The notes below the pieces were generated by a model, which saw only the letters and a program-made list of their open reading frames with translations, was not told where the DNA came from and did not search any database. A DNA stretch of 64,000 nt from an uncultured Gammaproteobacteria bacterium. Its GTDB lineage: Bacteria; Pseudomonadota; Gammaproteobacteria; JASBUN01. How positions within the stretch are numbered: the stretch's first letter is position 1; each line of letters starts with the position of its first letter. Shown here piece by piece: positions 61,078-64,000 of the stretch. Location of the stretch: contig CAVXJN010000003.1 of NCBI GenBank assembly GCA_963762165.1, positions 288,694 through 352,693 of the forward strand, in the 5' to 3' direction. Both the position numbers and the translations under genes were made by a program.

Positions 61078-62622
61078 ATGGTCATTGGCAGAGGAAGTAT
61101 CTGCATCATCGTTTTGAGTCTGCTGATAGGGGCCCGCCATGCCCTGGCGTTCGACTTCCAGGACGTAGTCAATCAGGCCCAGCAACTTTCGCAGAAGCCG
61201 TATGCGGCGCCGAAGAAGATTCCGAGTTTTCTTCAGGAATTATCGTTCGACCAATACCAGAGCATACGCTTCAAACCCGAAAACAGTCTCTGGAGGGGAG
61301 GCCCCTCGCCTTTCCAGGTCATGCTGATTTCGCCGGGTCTGTATTACACCCACGCCGTCAAGATCAACGTGGTCGACGCCCAGGGCACGCACAAGCTCGA
61401 CTATAAAAAGAACGACTTCAGCTATTCCGATGCCGAGATCGAAAAGCGGGTGCCTGCAGATCTGGGCTTCGCCGGTTTCAAACTCACTTATCCGTTCAAC
61501 GACCCCAAGGTTCAGAACCAATTCCTGGTATTTGCAGGCGCCAGCTATTTTCGCGGTGTGGGCAAAGACAACAGCTTCGGGATCTCTGCACGCGGCCTCG
61601 CGGTCAACACGGGCCTTTCAACCGGCGAAGACTTTCCGTCCTTTATCGAATACTGGCTGGTGCGGCCGGCGGCAAAAGCAAAACAAGTGGAGTTCTATGG
61701 CCTGCTGGACGGCAAAAATGTCGCCGGCGCATACCATTTCACCGTAACCCCTGGTCCCACCACCAAGTTGCAGGTCGAAGTAAAACTGTTCCCCCGCGAA
61801 GAAGTGTCGCTGTTGGGGGCCGCACCTCTTACCAGCATGTTCTATTACGGCGAGAACACGCCCCGTCCCCGCGGCGAATGGCGGCCTCAGGTTCACGACT
61901 CCGACGGTCTGCTGATCCACAACGGCGCTACCGGCGAATGGCTATGGCGCCCGCTGCTGAATCCGAAACACCTGCAAATGTATTACTTCGACACCGAAAA
62001 CGTGCGCGGTTTCGGACTGCTTCAGCGGCAAGTGGACTTTCACGATTACGAGGACTTCGGCGCCCGCTATGAAAAGCGTCCCAGCGCCTGGATCGCACCG
62101 ACCGGCGACTGGGGTCACGGCAAGGTGGTGCTGGTCGAACTGCCCACGGCCAATGAAACCAGTGACAATATCGTCGCGTTCTGGACTCCGGGCGACAAGG
62201 TAACCCCCGCCAAACCATTGGAACTGTCCTACACCTTGGGCTTCGGGACCCCGGATCTCGCCGGCGAGACCATCGGTAGCGCTCAGAGTACGTTCGTCGG
62301 TGACGGCAACGTCATCGGCGGGGGCACCAGTGAAGGCGCGTACCGGATCATCGTCGACTTCACCGGACCCGAACTTGCCAAGCTGCCGCCCGATGCGCCA
62401 ATCACCGGCGAGGTGACTGCACAATACGGGGGCAGCGTACTGGAGCATTTCATGGAGTACGTCGCTCCGACGCGGTCGTGGCGGCTTTCTATACTGGCGA
62501 AACCGGCCGATGGCAAGCCGCTGGCGTTGCGCGCTTTCCTGAAAAACGGCGACGAAACCGTGTCCGAGACCTGGACTTACGAATTGCCGGTGGGCAACCA
62601 ACTGAAGGTAAAAGGGGACTAA
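61078..62622 (+). CDS. opgG: Periplasmic glucan biosynthesis protein OpgG (MdoG)
   Basis: Signal peptide MVIGRGSICIIVLSLLIGARHALA. Conserved MdoG regions (FQVMLISPGLYY..., YFRGVGKDNSFGISARGLAVNTG, FPSFIEYWLVRP). Confidence 0.9.
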   Translation: MVIGRGSICIIVLSLLIGARHALAFDFQDVVNQAQQLSQKPYAAPKKIPSFLQELSFDQYQSIRFKPENSLWRGGPSPFQVMLISPGLYYTHAVKINVVDAQGTHKLDYKKNDFSYSDAEIEKRVPADLGFAGFKLTYPFNDPKVQNQFLVFAGASYFRGVGKDNSFGISARGLAVNTGLSTGEDFPSFIEYWLVRPAAKAKQVEFYGLLDGKNVAGAYHFTVTPGPTTKLQVEVKLFPREEVSLLGAAPLTSMFYYGENTPRPRGEWRPQVHDSDGLLIHNGATGEWLWRPLLNPKHLQMYYFDTENVRGFGLLQRQVDFHDYEDFGARYEKRPSAWIAPTGDWGHGKVVLVELPTANETSDNIVAFWTPGDKVTPAKPLELSYTLGFGTPDLAGETIGSAQSTFVGDGNVIGGGTSEGAYRIIVDFTGPELAKLPPDAPITGEVTAQYGGSVLEHFMEYVAPTRSWRLSILAKPADGKPLALRAFLKNGDETVSETWTYELPVGNQLKVKGD

Positions 62623-62625
62623 ACC

Positions 62626-62868
62626 ATGCCCTCGCAGTATGAACTGGTCGTCAAGCGCGCATTTCAATACTTGAACATGGCGGAATGCGAAATCAGCGCG
62701 GACGCGGCCCGCGAAACATTGCAGATCATCGACAGCGAGCTTGCCCGCGGCCCGGATGGCTTGTTGGCGCGCGTCCTCGATCGACTGGAACAGCGCTTCA
62801 ACCCATTGCCGGGCAGGGTGACAGGGTCCGCACCGCCGCTTTGCCGCGGCAGCATCGGCCATACTTGA
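62626..62868 (+). CDS. Small hypothetical protein (80 aa) between opgG and opgH
   Basis: ORF starts 4 nt after the opgG stop. No recognisable motif; coding status uncertain. Confidence 0.3.
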   Translation: MPSQYELVVKRAFQYLNMAECEISADAARETLQIIDSELARGPDGLLARVLDRLEQRFNPLPGRVTGSAPPLCRGSIGHT

Positions 62869-62942
62869 CGGATCGCCCGGATCGAGCGCGAGCCCAACAA
62901 GGGCAGCGCCATCGAAACCGGAAGCTCAGGGAGAATGAGTCA

Positions 62943-64000
62943 GTGAATACAGCAACGGAACATTTGTCTATCGCAGCACGGAGCGGGGCGCGCGAGTGGC
63001 GCCGCGCGGCACGCTGGCGCCGTTCGCTGATTGCCCTCATCGTCGTCGCCCAAACCGCGGTCGCCGTCTACTATATGCTCGCCACGCTGCCCTATCACGG
63101 CAGCACCGGGGTCGAGAAAACGATCGCGACCTTGTTCGCACTTCTGTTCGCGTGGATTTCGGCCGGATTCTGGGTGGCCGTGGTCGGGTTCCTGGTGCGC
63201 CGCATGGGCGGCGATCCTTACTCCCTGCTGCGACGGCACGACGCTGCCGAGCGCGCCGGCACGCCGCTTGCCCGAACCGCCATCGTCATGCCCATCTATC
63301 ACGAGCCGGTGGAGGAGAGCCTGCGAGCATTGCGCGCTGCCTATCGTTGTCTCGAACGTGCCGGGCAGCTCGAGCCGTTCGAATTCTTCATCCTGTCCGA
63401 CAGCCGCGATCCGAACGTATGGCTCGCCGAACAAGCTGCCTGGTTCAGACTCTGCCAAGAACTGAATGGTATTGGCCGCATTCACTATCGTCGCCGGCCG
63501 GTCAACCTCGACTACAAGAGTGGCAATGTCGCCGACTTCCTGCGCCGCTGGGGCCGGTCATTCGAATATATGATCGTGTTCGACAGCGACAGTGTAATGA
63601 GTGCCGACAGCATCATTCCGTTGGTCCAACTCATGGAACTGGAGCCGCGGGTCGGCATGATTCAAACCAAACCGACCATCGTCAACGGCCACTCTGCATT
63701 TGCGCGCTTTCAACAACTCGGCAACACCGTCTACGGCTCATTATTCGGTGCCGGACTCGCTGCGCTGCAAATGGGGGAAGCGGCCTACTGGGGCCACAAC
63801 GCCATTATCCGGATCCGGCCTTTCATGCGCGCTTGCGGCCTGAAAAAATTGCCCGGAATAGGCCTGTTCCGCGGACCGATCCTGAGTCACGATTTCGTCG
63901 AGGCGGCTTACATGGGCCGCGCTGGCTACGAAGTATGGCTGGAACCCGATCTGCCCAACAGCTACGAGACCTCGCCGCCCAGTCTGGTGGACGAACTGGC
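62943..64000 (+). CDS. opgH: Glucans biosynthesis glucosyltransferase H (OpgH/MdoH), 3' end truncated by the window; probable GTG start
   Basis: Open frame to the window end. GT2 motifs: PIYHEP, FILSDSRD, NLDYKSGNVADFL, MIVFDSDSVM, QTKPTIVN, AYWGHNAIIR. Confidence 0.85.
   Translation, partial: MNTATEHLSIAARSGAREWRRAARWRRSLIALIVVAQTAVAVYYMLATLPYHGSTGVEKTIATLFALLFAWISAGFWVAVVGFLVRRMGGDPYSLLRRHDAAERAGTPLARTAIVMPIYHEPVEESLRALRAAYRCLERAGQLEPFEFFILSDSRDPNVWLAEQAAWFRLCQELNGIGRIHYRRRPVNLDYKSGNVADFLRRWGRSFEYMIVFDSDSVMSADSIIPLVQLMELEPRVGMIQTKPTIVNGHSAFARFQQLGNTVYGSLFGAGLAALQMGEAAYWGHNAIIRIRPFMRACGLKKLPGIGLFRGPILSHDFVEAAYMGRAGYEVWLEPDLPNSYETSPPSLVDEL

Overview
This 64 kb window is high-GC (~65%) and looks like gammaproteobacterial chromosomal core DNA. 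Gene order resembles Pseudomonas in several blocks: tesA/ybbA/ybbP, priA-argS-SPOR, glnK-amtB...yifB, and rep...cytochrome c5. Genes recognised include hemE and hemH (heme biosynthesis), an HD-GYP phosphodiesterase, sdaA, gltBD, sthA, pntAA/pntAB/pntB, priA, argS, speA/speE, fetAB, glnK-amtB, yifB, rep, an emrRAB-type efflux operon, one tRNA-Arg(CCG) with a degenerate tandem copy, and opgG/opgH (3' end truncated by the window). No CRISPR array, transposase or integrase was seen. The most interesting feature is a translationally coupled seven-gene minus-strand operon (46456-53658): exported FN3-like protein, M20 carbamoylase, isochorismatase-family hydrolase, SSF transporter plus a 42-aa small subunit, a PyrB-like carbamoyltransferase with an N-terminal extension, and an AsnB-family amidotransferase. 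Second is a DnaA-box cluster in an AT-rich island upstream of priA. At least five single-nucleotide frameshifts sit in otherwise conserved genes (gltB twice, gltD, fetB, the PyrB-like gene), all at GC-rich simple repeats; these are more likely assembly indel errors than true pseudogenes. One PQQ-dependent sugar dehydrogenase is a genuine pseudogene with an internal deletion. All coordinates are approximate to +/-1-3 nt; one off-by-one was noticed between the ORF track and hand counting near amtB.
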